A DNA stretch of 63,739 nucleotides, the filler included, from Halocafeteria seosinensis (lineage: Eukaryota): the NCBI GenBank assembly GCA_001687465.1. It is 6 parts of 6 records of this genome, joined end to end, with 100 filler letters (N's around TTAATTAATTAA, not from the genome) between each part and the next. Parts side by side here need not be neighbours in the genome. Positions count along the whole stretch, not along the records: positions 31,303 to 49,149 come from LVLI01000151.1; positions 49,250 to 57,372 come from LVLI01000153.1; 4 more parts are not named here. One strand, written 5' to 3'. How positions within the stretch are numbered: position 1 is the first letter of the stretch; each line of letters begins with the position of its first letter. The position numbers and the translations under genes are program-made. Shown piece by piece: positions 39,143 through 52,869 of the stretch. The notes under the pieces were generated by a model. That model saw only the letters and a list, made by a program, of their open reading frames with translations. It made no database searches and was not told the DNA's origin.

Positions 39143-40594
39143 TCATCCAACCTCCTCTCTCACTACCATAAAATTGGCTGAATGACAAGAATGACTGCCA
39201 GATAGTTCCGTGCGAGGGCAGCCCAAACTTTCTATTCTTCCGAGCTGTGCAACGTCTGATACGTGCAAGGAACGTAGGTTGTTTAGTTGGGTCAAATACA
39301 CAGTTTGCAGAGAAGGAAGCCCCGAAAGCTCAATCCGACTTATACTGCGATCGCACTCTATTGAAAGAGACTCGAGCTCTGGTAGCTGGCGCAATGACAA
39401 CCTCTGAATGAAACAGCTATTTCTGATACTAAAATGTTTCAACTTTTTCATCCCACTTATCGAGGCCTGTGGAGGTCCACGGAAGCAGCAAATCAAATGC
39501 AGATCGACGATGTCAGGGCAGTTGACCTGTAGTGTTGAGAATAGATTTTCCGGAATATCTCGGAAAGATTGTAATTCCAAATACTGCAGAGCTGGTAGCT
39601 TCATCGCAAACTGTCTTAAGACAAGTGACGAGTGAAGAACCAAGTGGTTTACTCCTGTATGTTCGAAACGTCCCTCAGTCACATGAGACAGGTCAAGGTT
39701 TACACTGTGCAGATTTTGCATGAACAAATTCCCGTTCCACACAGTGCCCTCAGAACTACTTACAGCCATTTCAGATTCGGAGCTGCTGTCTGAGTCGTCT
39801 GGTTCAGTTTCCTCTGCTCGTGTCTCCTGGTCTTCTTTGCGATGGATAGAATAATGTAACAGACAGTGTTTCAAAAACATGTCCGAAACATGCACTCCAT
39901 CGTACCATAAGTATTTTACGCTATTAGAGATTTTCTCTACAAGTTCTGGAAATAAAGGGCGGGTCCCCCCGATTCTTGCCTGTTCAAATGTAAGTATGAG
40001 GGTACTCACCCGCTGCGTCTGGAGAGCGCGGACACAGAGATCGTGTAAGTTGCGTTCTTGCCATTCTTTCTGGGGCATATTCATCAGACACAAATGCTTG
40101 ATGGAGCCGGAACTGTTTATCGTCACTGAATCATTTTCCATCGGCGAATCAGTGGCGCTGGAGGCACTTCGTAGTTGAGGACTCGAGGCATACATTCCAG
40201 TGCTGTGAGTATGGTTCAATCGAAGAAGTTCCTGGATGACATCGACGATTCCCGTACAATCTTCAATGTGAACCGTGTGAACCTTGGTGCCTAATTTGGA
40301 GAGGGTCTTGCGCAAAACTCGCTTGGACCATTCCAGCCTTGGATTCCTGGTTGAACTTGAGGATTTCACCGCGTGGCGCTGTTTTTCCATGTACCCCGAT
40401 ACTCGACTGAAGTCCTTCCACCACCCATGCTCTTCGGATGAGGACACCGGGATGAAGATAGAATCACATAGCGGCAGTACTTGATAGTAAAACAACCTAC
40501 AGGTACAGGATAAGGCAATAACTTCATAAAACTCGAGGTTGGGAAGCACTTGGCGCCAGATTCCCAAGGGGATTTCTCTCCATGAAGTACCCAT
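39143..40594 (-). CDS. Host F-box/LRR protein
   Basis: N-terminal F-box EIPLGIWRQVLPNL...IALSCTCRLFY and C-terminal LPxLxxLxL repeats. Confidence 0.8.
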   Translation of the reverse strand: MGTSWREIPLGIWRQVLPNLEFYEVIALSCTCRLFYYQVLPLCDSIFIPVSSSEEHGWWKDFSRVSGYMEKQRHAVKSSSSTRNPRLEWSKRVLRKTLSKLGTKVHTVHIEDCTGIVDVIQELLRLNHTHSTGMYASSPQLRSASSATDSPMENDSVTINSSGSIKHLCLMNMPQKEWQERNLHDLCVRALQTQRVSTLILTFEQARIGGTRPLFPELVEKISNSVKYLWYDGVHVSDMFLKHCLLHYSIHRKEDQETRAEETEPDDSDSSSESEMAVSSSEGTVWNGNLFMQNLHSVNLDLSHVTEGRFEHTGVNHLVLHSSLVLRQFAMKLPALQYLELQSFRDIPENLFSTLQVNCPDIVDLHLICCFRGPPQASISGMKKLKHFSIRNSCFIQRLSLRQLPELESLSIECDRSISRIELSGLPSLQTVYLTQLNNLRSLHVSDVAQLGRIESLGCPRTELSGSHSCHSANFMVVREEVG

Positions 40595-42093
40595 ACCTCG
40601 GTTTACACGAACAAACTAAACCCTACATACCATGGGGAACAGTCGAGGGGACAATCTAAACGCACTTGGCTGGAGACTACAATTCACGGTGTCCGGATGC
40701 GTTTGTGAAGACGACGACGAGGAGGCCCGATTCGTGGACCACGAATCGTGGACATACTTCAAACGTTCGTGAAATTCAGCACCGTGGATTGTACGTACCG
40801 TATGTCTGATAGCGCCTTGACGCGATCTCAAGGTTACTCCTTCCCCGAATATGGTCAAGTCCAAATATTGAACGACCTGGTAGCTCCTCCATACTGCGGA
40901 CGTGCCTCTCCTCGACTGGAGGATACTGTGCTCTTCGGTACTTAGGATGGTGCGTGTGGCTGTGAGAACAAGCATTGCACAGGATACATTACATTCAGCC
41001 GCGCGGCAGTACTGCAATGGTATTACGTACCTGTTTCCGGATCGACGGCACTCCAACTTGCGGAATGCCCTCACATTGCCCGGTCGCTAGTCCGCATTGC
41101 CTGATCCGACGTCCATAGTTGAACACACGATCTTCTCACGTCCAAATGGTTAATGTTCCGCACGTGCCGGTTGAACACTTCTTTTTCCAAACGTTTCCCG
41201 GCATTGAGGGAATCTGCATTTCATCGCGGTATAATTTTGGGAGTTATGTTCCGAGAGGAGATGACTGTACAGCTCGTCAGTCTGTACCTTTATATCCAGG
41301 AAGAAACGGAGAACGCATAACGCGAACAACGCCACTCTCATACTTCTCTCAACACAAATGTCCATAATTCAACTACCTTATTCTTTTACATTCATTCACC
41401 CGTGAATTCACAAAAACCTACTCGCAGTACGGGTGAGTCTACTTCCGGTGTTTGTGGGTGGTGGGGACATACCGGGAGAAACACAAAACTGTACAAGCAA
41501 CATGGTGCTCTCAGAATTTTCCCTTAATCCCTATCTACCTTAGCATACAGTATGGGCTAGAAACTACAACCTTATCTTGAAATACTTGCTTCCAAACACT
41601 TCGGCTCGCCAGAGCTAAGGAACTCTGCGCGATCGGAACCGTGCCACCGTACTTATCCCTCGCAGTATAACACTGATCGAAGATTCATCCAGGCTCCTCA
41701 TGGATGCTAAACATCGTACACTGCGCCGTCATGTTGGTTGACGACGCAACAGTGGCTCCTTGTTGTCACTGGCTCGTTCCTACTTACCTCTCTCTTCCAC
41801 TCAGTTTCTTCCAATTTTTAATTTACGATACTATCCTGAATTGAATTGCTTCCCATCGGTTTTGCTATCCGTGAATACATTTCCTTCCTCAATGAATCCC
41901 CCACGGACTAGGTTTACCGTCTGTTGTTTAGAACGGGGAGCTAGTTGTTGCTGTGCTATGGGTACCGACAACCTACCTCATTTTCCTTACACCAATACCA
42001 CTGGCAACCACAAATCGTACACATCACTGATTCCGTCCAACATCTTTTAAGCATAATATACCGTTAGATGACATCTAAGCGAAGTAACGCGCC

Positions 42094-45000
42094 TTATCGA
42101 CGACGTATCTTACTGTTCTCATCCAGACTCCCAAGCTTCGAGGCAAAGCGGTATCGGATTGGATCGGGGTAAGCCCGTGTAGCTGCTGACAGGAAAATAT
42201 CTTCGGTTTGCTTTATCCACTCTTCGTCTAAGAATCGTCTTGTCCTTGTTTCACGTTGTCTAGTATTTCTTTCACCTGATCGCGTTTTTTCCAACTGTTC
42301 TTTTTCGATAATGGGTCGTTTACATATAACAATGTCTGAGAAAATGGAAGTCGTTGTCGGTCGCCACTGTTGGCTCTTTGATCTTAAATTGCATGCGATG
42401 TAAAACGTAACCACGTTAAATCACGTATACATATAGCCAATATTTTGCTCGGGATTGCTTGACCGGTTTCCGAGGCCTCGAACTCACCAGCTGCAGCGGC
42501 CGCGCCTACACGATCACCTTTGCTCACTCAGTTTTTGTACGTACGCTACCCAGTGAATGGGATGAACATAAATGTGACGTGGCATGGGAAAACTCTCAGG
42601 CACCGATGAGCTATCGTTATCACCTTCACTCCTGCCTTGGCGTTGCAGCCAAGCTTGCTTCGCAGCCTCAACACCACAATCGGAGCCACAACGATGAAGC
42701 CGCTGAATGCGTGAAAGAGCCAGAAATAGGAAAGCTAAGTCGTTTTTGATCCTCCTCCTGATCGAGTCACCCACATTATACCGAGCTATTATATCTTGTA
42801 GTGCCTTTATAACGTTTCGCAGGAAACTGCAGACTTCAGTGGCAGGTTTCAGATGGAGCAGCAACGAAATTATAGACTGGAATTTTTGATTTTTATCACG
42901 CTTGCAAACTAAGGACGAGATTGCCAAACCATACATACTGACATAAGCTCGTCCTATACAGTGTTCTAGCTCCCCTCTTAAGCCTCGGTACGCACTACAT
43001 TCGACCAATACAAGGAGAGCAAGGGTGTCACAAAATAGTTCTATTCTGTCTGCTCGAATAACGAAGAGAGTCTTCACTGATGCAAGATTGTCCTCCATCA
43101 ACGACGTCTCTGTATCGGCACATATTTTTTTGTCATTTTCTCTCGCGACAAAAACTTGTCTTATCGCAACCAACACGACAGTCTCTCTTAATTCGTCCTA
43201 GAAACACCTTTATTGGATCATATTCTTCGCTGTGCTCGACGGCTCCAATACCCAGGAAACTCTTATAGACTCGTATGGCCATGCTGTCTGTTACGTTCGG
43301 TACTGCCAGCTGTTTCTGTATCATCTCACGCAACCATGCCAGACGAGAACACTGCCCTTCATCCTGAGAGTAAAACATCCGAACGTCATCTCAGAAATCC
43401 GATCAAGTAATTTGCTGATATCTGGAAACTGTTCCAGTGACATCCAGTGGGCTCGAGAATATTTACCCGCGTTCGATTTATATCCCAATTGGGAAGTGCA
43501 AGGGCAAGGAAATGCGTTAGAAGTAAGGGCGTCACCTCAACCACGTCAACCACTTTTCTTGCTCTTTATCGTCCGTGATGAGTTAGAAGATGTGTGGGAG
43601 CGTGTGAAGAAGATTCTCAAGCTCGCTAAGAATAACAACTTATGCATGGGAAAGCGCATCGATGTGATTTTTCTGGCTAGCTCCTTTGACTTCCTCGGTC
43701 ATTTTAGACAGCACGGCATAAGTCGCAAAATGGCAGGCATTCGTCTTCATTGCAGTCTGCTTCAACATGTGCAGCGGACAGACCACGAAGAGCAAATTCC
43801 CTCGTTGCAAGAAGCTGAAATCAATAATTTCCAGAAGAAGTTTCTTCGAGGTGTTTCCCCAGAGCTCTCATGGACCTTAACGAAACTTTTCCCAAGGCCC
43901 GACGCTATGCGGAAGCAAGTCGTTGATCTAGTTAAGCGCATTAAGGATGCTTCATCGGCGCATAGCCCCAGAGATAAGATTTGCCATGTGTGTGCGACGA
44001 GAGAGCACATAGGTCGTCGTACTTTGGTCTTACAAACCATGGAACATTTACAAAAGGAGGGGTACCCCGTTGTTGTTGAGAGTACTGACAATATTGAGTG
44101 TGACACTGTTTGTGTGACCCGCTCGCGGGAAAGGTGTGGTCATTTAAGTCGACTCAATCGGAACGTAATTATTATCTACCTCCCCCCCGTAGGAACTCGT
44201 CCAAGAGACAAGCAGTGGCAAGATATACTCGTCGATGAATGTTTAAATACAGATGAAATGGATGAATGCATTTTTCCAAGTTTCAGCTCCTGTCATGTAG
44301 GCCCATAAATCAAAGACTGTTGCATCCTTTTTGCTGGGCATAGAACCAATCAAGTCTTTACCATTGAAAAACGCGTCGCCAGGTTGACATTGGAACGTTA
44401 TATCTACCACAAATAAAGCCTCAGGCGGATAGGCAAAATCATCAGCGGGTTCAAGAAATTGATCTTTTCCAATCAGATACTCCAGATCAGGTGGGACATA
44501 AACAAATTTCTGGGCTTCCGTAGGAACTAACCATTTACCACGCATATGTTGGTGACAACCAGCTGCTTCCAAGATCTTTTTTTGTTTTTTGTTTTTGCTG
44601 TCACCTTCCTTTTTCCTTACTTCACATAGCTTATCACCTTCCGGATTTTGGGGTAGTTTGTACAATCTCACGGTAACTGAGTCTCTCCCAAGAAAAGGGA
44701 ATAGATTATCCACATGACCACGGACACAGTCTTTGATACGATCTTTGATTTGTTGTTCAGGTAGTCTAGGTAATGGCATCCCAACAGGATATGCTTGAGA
44801 ACATTCCTGAGACCTAGGATCCGTGTACCCGATACCCAAGTATTTTGGACCAGCTACATTGGTAGACGACATGCTGGCAAGGTAATCCTTCACATGGTCA
44901 CCTATAGCTTCAAACACTTGATCTCTTTGCTCATGATTCCACCATTCTACTACTTTAAATTCCCCTCGGCAAGGCTCAGGTTGGAAAGGACGGTCATCCG

Positions 45001-45691
45001 GCCAATCCTTTATATCGTCAACCTTAATATCCTGGACGGGTGGGATGACCAAATACTTAGTCTTCTTGATAATTCTTTTGAAGAATAACTCGTTTGATGG
45101 AATTCGTTCGTCTCCCGATGGCGTGTATCTTGGTACCTTAGTGCACAGGATACCTTCATATAGGGGTAAATCCAACAGAACCAGACTCTTGTCCGAGTTC
45201 GCGAGATGAATTTCAGTCAACCTTCCTTTGATGATATCAGAATCCTGCGGAATATCTGGCGCGCAACTGCCCAATTCGAGCTGAGGAGAGCTCCAGTGTT
45301 GCACTAGAGTTGACCTCGTCCATTCCGCGAGAGAAGCAGCACCAGGTGGACTTACCCCGACTGCTCTAATCATGCCGGTGTCTTCATTACTTTCCGCTCC
45401 TACCACCAAGCCAGTTAAACGATTTGAGTCGCGAAACAGTACATGTTGGATCGTTTTCCTTAGGCTATCTCTATGCTTTTTCCAGTGACTAGCTGCCACT
45501 CGTTTGTCGGAACTTGGTGGTTCCTGCATTGGGAATGGCACAAGATCAGAGTGCGACGAAGAGAGTAGACTACCCACAGGAACCTCTCTGCTAGCTATAT
45601 CATACGTTTCCATTTTCCTCCGTAAGTTGAAAGCACCAGTAGCTGAATGCTTGGGTTTAGGTTCGTTTCGCTTTTGGAAAGTGGCTGTCAC
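42094..45691 (-). pseudogene. SAMD9-like (AlbA_2/Schlafen + STAND-like P-loop + helical) gene disrupted by an internal inversion and frameshift
   Basis: AlbA_2-like E...GEFK...YLASMSSTN..GPKYLGIGYTD on the minus strand. P-loop-like block FLRG....SW...HIGRRTL on the plus strand (43232-44308). Minus-strand continuation from 43381. Confidence 0.5.
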
Positions 45692-48600
45692 TACTTGTTA
45701 AATCCGCCAAATTCGTTAAGATGGCGCGAGAATTTGCAATCAGCGAAGTACTCTGTTGGCAAATTTACCCACAGTTATCACTACCAAGAAAATGTGCCCC
45801 GATAGCCGGAGCATTGCTATTCAGCGGAATGCAATGGAGGAGAATTCTCTCCTATGTCGTAATTCTTCTTCTAGTTTTACCCACAGCGGGGTAAATTGTT
45901 CTTCCCTGGCCCGAGAATTCCTTGGCGGCGGAATGCAATCGGTTCCCGTTATCCCCTACCCTTTTTGCAATTTTACCTGCTAAGTACGCTTCGGTGTTAA
46001 AAGTTTAACTTAAAACACGATCGAAGGAGCATCGACAAGGCCCAAAAAAGCCGAAGTTTCAAAGTTGTCTAGGTGGATATCCTTAAACAACTGGTTAGCT
46101 TCAAGTTCTACAACTCTTCTTAAGCTAACCTCTTCTTCTTCACGATGAAGTGACCACGAGGGCCCCTTAAAACCTTTTTTGGTTGGCTGTGGTCAGGGCT
46201 GTGGCGCAGCTCGGCCCGCGGGGTGGCTTTTCGCTCGGCCCGAAAGGTCCCGGGCGCCGGGCGACGGAACGGGCGCCGAACTTCACAAACAGTTTCTTCC
46301 AACTTCACAAAGGTACTTCTAACATGATTTGACGCATTTCATTCCCCATTCTATTGTTAGTAACTTACTCTATTTCTATCGCTGAAGGATATTGATCCTT
46401 CTCTCCGGGTTGTTGTCTATATCATCTTCACTGAGGCAAGTAGGGGCGTTTGCAGAGGGCCCATCGGCGTTCACGAAGTGGAGTCAAGGCGGCCTAGCTA
46501 AGCATGGTCGCTTAAATTAAGCCAATTGCAGCTAGCACTACCCAGTCTCCCGTGTTCCTGGTGTGAATGGGTTCCAACGAAGCCAATGTTTCTGGGAATA
46601 CAGTTGTGGAATCACATATAGACCCAATACAACTGTAATAGATGGATCATATCTGGGTTGACTCCGCCCGAAGCAGCCCGCAGCCCGAAGACCCTCGAGC
46701 CTCGGGCGGACCGGAGCCCGGCCCGAGAGACCTCGGGCGGACGACATAGTCATTGCGCCACAGGCCTGCTATGCACTCTCCAAAGTTCAACCACCGCAGG
46801 ACGTCCAGCGACAACACGTGTTCATGCATACACAGAAGAATTACATTTGTATGGACAGAAGGTATCTGCTTCCGTTGAGTAAGTGAGGCACTGCCAAGCA
46901 CCTCATCCTGTCCATGCCGCAAGTAACTCGATCGGGCGAGCTATCGGCTATGTTGTGACTTGCACGACTGTACATTCATTACGGAAGTGCTATCGACGCA
47001 AAACGATACAGCGGTGGTGGTGTAGTTTGTTCTAATTGACCTGCCCTTCCACAATTTTCTGGTTACCCAACGAATCACGTATCCGTCTTTATCGAGAGGA
47101 CATTCGAGACTCTGCCGCTCGGGGCAAGTCGGTCCTGGCGTCGCCGCAGCATTCTACAGTTGCTCCGTTGCACCAAACAGCTTAGGCGCAGTCGAAGATC
47201 CATGACAAACAGCACCGGATCCGTTACCCTGAGATCGCATATCATACGGAACTGCTGTGTACAACCCATTAGGTCTATCTCTCCAATGTCTCCTTTTTCT
47301 AAGAGGCGGCAGTACCCGCAGGTCAACAAGCATTACTCGAATGGTTGGACAAAGCGAGGGAGGAGTTGGAAGAGAAGCACGAGCTGTGCGTCAGGATGGT
47401 CAAGAAGTATGGTAGAGCATTTGGAAAAGCTCCGTTCGACACGAAAACGGATGCTATAGCCTTCTTCCGGGAGAAAAACGTTGCAGAGGCCACCACTTTA
47501 GGTACCGCTGCTTTCGAAGAGAGCCAGAAATATATCGGTATGTAGGGCATTCATGTTTGTGTCTATCCTATTCTAGATCATTCTTCTTCGTGGTTGGTGG
47601 AAACGGCAGATGCTGCCATAAGAAACATACCTCGTTGTAAGTGAACTCTGTCTGCCGGTTGCCTTTGGTGCCTTCATTCACTCAGAGTATCCCAAACTGA
47701 TTCATGCAGTGGACGAGATCCGTTCCCAGGAACTGTTTGTTAAGCAGCCATTTTACATCGATAGACTGGTCGACTTGGGTACCATGGTGGAGTCCATTGC
47801 AAAGCATTCGCAGGCGAGGGGTATTGAGTATGCTGCGCTGCGGACGCTGTTTACTGCCTTGGCATGGGGCTCAGGTAAAACGCAACTCGGCGTACAGTCC
47901 CTGCAACAATTTCACGCTAGCAGTGACATGTACAGCGGAGAAACTGAGTACGTGTATTTCAATGGGCGACTTCACCATATACAGGGCAAGAGTGAAAAAC
48001 AGGATTCCCCTAGCAGCCCTGATGAAAACGAAGGAGACGATGAGGAATTTTATTCTCCTTTATCTTCCTCTCGCAGGACCTCTGCAGATCAAGACGACGT
48101 TCGTCAAGACTCACAAAATATAAGTATGCGGATATCACGAATGGCGTATGAAACAGCTATGAAATGGGGTCAAGCGCTTGGGTTATAAGATTGTTAAGGT
48201 GGCGTGGTATTCCTTATGACTTAAAGAATCCTACGATGGGGCCAACAAATAATCCGATAACAAAGTTTTCAAACCCGTCTGCTCCAATCGAATTTGCTAT
48301 GGCCACGGGTAAAGCATTATGCACTGCCTGGTATGAGGGGCGCCAGGCTATTCCTTGATGTAGGATCCACAATAGCATGCGTTAATGAAAAGAATAGTAT
48401 CCCGAATGACAATGAACAGGCAAGTATTAATCCCTACGAATTTACATTACTTCCCTTATCCTCTATTCCTTTTGTTGGTGTATCTTGTTTCCTCTTTTGT
48501 TGTCCGCGCGCAGTTGTCTGACCATGGCAAGGAGAAAACGTTCCTGAGTATGGTCTTTGATTAACACGTACACACGCGCGCAGTGCCGCGCACTCCTTAG

Positions 48601-49249
48601 TAACCTTGGTGGGAATCAGACAAGCAACTACTTGCTTGTGATTCAAGTTGTGAAAGACTGCGTTGTTCGTATTGATCTTGGATTGGAGTATTACAAAAGA
48701 CTTGTATTAGTAGGCAATGATGCTACAGACGGCACTGTGATTTTGGTGCTCCGCATGGTACCCATACAAAGACTCAGTGGTCAACAACGTTCGCACCCCT
48801 GCGGCAGGCTGCGGGAAACAACATACATATACACTGCTGCCCTGGCCAGCTATCGATCGCCAACAGGCCGTTGCAGCTATAGTGTATTATGTACATACAC
48901 ATCTCATAAGAAGAGAGTATAGACTGAGTCTGTGCAGACCATGGAGGGTCGAAACAATCGATCGGCGCAGCATCCGCCTAACGGCAAGTCTTCACACGGT
49001 ACAACGATGCAGCACGACACAATAACAAAGCCTACAAAGCAGGTCGATTCCATGTCATCCAGTGGTAGTGAATGCAACAGACGCTCAACAGACCGTTCAC
49101 AAATTTCTGCATCACGAGTTACCATGAACCTCTCCAAAGAGGAACGAGANNNNNNNNNNNNNNNNNNNNNNNNNNNNNNNNNNNNNNNNNNNNTTAATTA
49201 ATTAANNNNNNNNNNNNNNNNNNNNNNNNNNNNNNNNNNNNNNNNNNNN

Positions 49250-49431
49250 CGTTAAGAGGATGTGGTCAACTTCCCGGCCNGTGGGCTATCTGTCACATTT
49301 GTGTGTGTGCTGGAGTGAGTGACCTCAACGCAGTGTGAATTTATTTGTGTGTGTGTATTTAAAGAGGATGTGGTCAACTTCCCGGCCGGTGGGCTATCTG
49401 TCACATTTGTGTGTGTGTATTTAAAGAAGTA
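49250..49431. repeat. Repeat family R with internal ~60-bp duplication; copy of 53916-54098
   Basis: AAGAGGATGTGGTCAACTTCCCGGCCGGTGGGCTATCTGTCACATTTGTGTGTGTG occurs twice here and again near 53.8-54.1 kb. Confidence 0.9.
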
Positions 49432-49820
49432 CTGTAGAACGCCCAGTATGAGGTCATAAAAAGTGTGTATATGATTACAGATGAATATGAGAAGTTTGCA
49501 ATCCGGCAACACAGAGCCTTAAATTCAGTTGGATTAAAGATTTTGGATTGAGCTGGCCGGGTAGACTAAGCAAGACTTGTCGAAGACTTGACCAAGTTGA
49601 CTTGGTTGACCATTTGTAGATACCATGATATATTGTTATCATACGGGAATCTAAATGGCATTATTGCACCGAACCGACTTCCACTAGCATAGACACACTG
49701 TTCTCATCTTTCGCTTTCTAAACTAGGAATCCTAGTGTATACTGTATACGCACTTTCCCCCCCGTCCCTACACTCGCTCTTCCTCGAACCTATTGCTGCT
49801 TTGTCGAGGAAAACAGGGCA

Positions 49821-51818
49821 ATGAGTCGATCGGCAATTGAGCGTTCCCAAAAGCGCAAGGCCAAGCTGGGTATTGTGGAGCCTGATGACCCCTTCGACCC
49901 CGTTGATGAAGAACAAGAAGAGAATGAAGGCCCTCAGTCCCTTCCCATGTACGTTCCCACCTTTTCTCCCTCTGAGCGCACGTGTAATATATGTACATTG
50001 CATTGCCCTTGCTGAGAGGATGGGATCAAGAGAAAGGGAAAAGGGCGTCGCCGCGTGTTTGTATGTATGTGTGAGTGAATGAGTAGCGTGGAATGCAGAT
50101 GGGGAAGCAAACGCACACTCAACATGGAGAAGCTATTGGCCAATAATATAGTGACATCAGACTATTTTCGAAGTCTCAAGTAAGTGCTGCAGGAGCACTG
50201 TATTGTGTAGTAATGAGGCAGCTGAATATTCGTGTGTGGGTGTGGGTGTGGGTGTGCTATCTCCTCTTCCTCGCGCAGGGCACTGGGTACCTTCAACGAG
50301 GTTGTGGATGAAATCTATACGCGGGTTGAATACGTGGAGCCATGGGCTGCAGGTACGGCCCGTGCACCATCGTCGGCATTTTGTTTGCTTTTCAAAATAG
50401 GATGCTTGAGAATAACAAAGAAACAGCTGATGACACTGTTGAATCACAAGGACTCACCCTACATCCGAGCGATCGGGTTCTTATATGTTCGTTACACCAT
50501 GGATCCGAAAGAACTGTGGGCTTATTTCAAGGATTACACGGAAGACCCTCAAGAATTCGCTCCCTCGACCAATTACAAGGCAACGCAAACGATGGGCGAA
50601 TTTGTGATGAAACTGATTGGAGAGCGTCAATACTACAACACACTTTTGCCGAGAATACCAGTGCCTGTGCAAAGGGATCTAGAGGTGCGACTGGCCATCG
50701 TTGCCGAAGATAAACTTCGGGCTGATTTCCATTGCAAACACATGGATCAGTTCGTTCCGAAAGCAAGAGTCAAATCAAGGTATTCCGAGGATGACGAGTG
50801 GTATGATGCAACTTTGGTTGAAGCGATAAGTGATTTGCAGGATAGATGGCTAGTAAAATACGATGAGTATGAAGAAACAGAGGAGAGGTCCATTGGACAG
50901 CTCGACTTGCTCGATCCTCAATATTCGTTCAAGTACAACCACGAAGGTAGAGGACTTAGTGCATCTGAAATGGCTCAGAAACTGCGTGAACTAGAACGAC
51001 AAAAGGCAACTACGAGTGGCAAAGCTTACGCTCACAGACCTGCGAGTTTGAAAGGTGCGTTGTCAATGAAGCTGGATTCGTACTCATACAGAAAAGATAG
51101 CGAACGTTCCTTCACGGAAGAATTGACGCAAATTACCACGGCGAACAATCCTCCATCGTCTATGGGTCCAGTGGCGGGTCGAAAGAAAAAGCGCAGGTTA
51201 CGGTTGGATGATGATGGTCCTTTCGAGTATGCGCAACCTGCTAAACAAAGTTTTAACAACAAGAACGCCAGCAAAGAAAAGCTAGGTCGAGATACTAGTA
51301 GAAGTCATTCAGGAAGGTCTAGAAAAAACCATGCGGAGGAGAGACGGGAGCCACGAAATGAACGGCACCCGAGAAGGGATCGAAGTGAATCACCACAAAG
51401 AAAACGATCAAGTAGGCGTAGTCGTTCTCGGGAAGGGTCTCTCCACCGTGGGCATGGACGGCGCGACTCCTCACAGCCTCGCTCAAGGTCAAGAAGCCCA
51501 CGTCGAACATCGCGGAGACCCCCCTCGCGGTCGCGCCGGCGTAGAAGTCGCAGTAAAAGCCGTTTTTCCTGTCGGTCCCGTTCGCGTTCGAAATCTCCAT
51601 CCCGTAGACGCTCGGTCGACACAAAGAGGTCGAAAGACAAGTCTCCGAAGAAACCAAGCCCCTCGAGTGATGACCTATCCCTTAGCAGTAGAGAGTCTAG
51701 AGAATCATGGAAAGACAGGTACCAGTCTTCGAATACTGCAGACACGTCCGGAAAAGAAAAAATCGCCGACCACTCTCTGGTTGATGAAGATATAGTGAAC
51801 ATTGGTTCGTTGCGGTAA
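49821..51818 (+). CDS. PRPF38B: Pre-mRNA splicing factor 38B-like, with Tudor-like domain and RS tail; introns 49949-50098 and 50180-50278
   Basis: Spliced LPIWGS...YF, then YVEPW...SSAFCLLFK...LLNHKDSPYIRAIGFLYVRY. Tudor-like SRYSEDDEWYDA. Both GT-AG introns preserve the frame. Confidence 0.9.
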
Positions 51819-52869
51819 TATGAATCAATGTCCTTCGGCTAACTTTTTCAAGCCCAGGCAGACGTGACGCATTCGGGCTACGCTTCTTTATATGCTGGTT
51901 GTGAAATGGTGGGAGCGTGGTGCCGAGATGTGATGCGGCGCATTGAAGTTCCGCAACTTGATGTCGCAGACAACCAACTGAGTCCAACTCCCTCTGACAT
52001 ACAAGGTGAATCACTGTTGTATATCGGTCCTTGCAGTTCTACTCCTGTGGTAGCATTTAGGTTGATTCTCCCGATACGGTACTCTTGCAACGAAATGGAC
52101 AAGGATTACGTAAGTGACTTTCAAAGGCAACCACCGACACTTGACATGTGTTACATGCTGTGTACAGAGTGGCCGTTAGGCAGTGGTCGTCATACCTGCA
52201 AAGTTTTTGTGTGAACGTCTTTTGGGACTATAGTCTATATAGCGTGCATTGTTTGTCGATTAGTTAAGCACACTATAGCGCAACACAGTCTCTGTCACAC
52301 TGTCGGTACACTTAGTAGGATCCTGGACAACTACCACCAGCACGCCTTGACGCTAATGCGGCGGAATTATCGTGGAGATGCTTTGCCGGAGACTCTTCCT
52401 CCTTGAACGTCAACCAGCACAATGCTGGTCAAGTGCCAGTGCAAAATGGTGGACTCCTTTTGCGGATCATTTCACGACTTCACTACCCAGATAGAGGGTA
52501 TCAACAATCCTTCGATGACGGGGGACATTAACGCCAACGTGGCGCAAGCAGCGGTTTAACCGCCTCAGGCAGACTGTCGCAGACATGGATAGTGACTCCT
52601 CATCGTAGCTGGTTTTGTAGCTGCTTTTTTTTCCTTTCGTTGCCCTCTTTGCCCGTAGGCCTATAATATACACGTCGTCGTCAGCCAGACTGGCAGTCAG
52701 CTGAGCCACGCTGCTGCCTTGCCAATTCCGCTGTGGAATTTCCGCAGCCGGCGGCTGCCAGCCGCCCTCGGAATCACAAATTGATTCACAATCCTAGTGG
52801 TGGAACCTGTACCCTCGGAGCTGGGACTGATGTGTGCAGCTGACCTTCCACCAGTCATAAACGAAACGG

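Noticed and set aside
43382..44272. Virophage tyrosine recombinase as the cause of the SAMD9-like inversion
   Set aside because: No inverted recombination sites beyond 2 bp at the inferred breakpoints, and the two loci are on unlinked contigs.
46200..48200. GC-rich hairpin-like stretch near 46210-46280 and short + strand ORFs at 47345-48188
   Set aside because: Possibly a spliced or decayed gene or transposon end, but no diagnostic motif supports a call.
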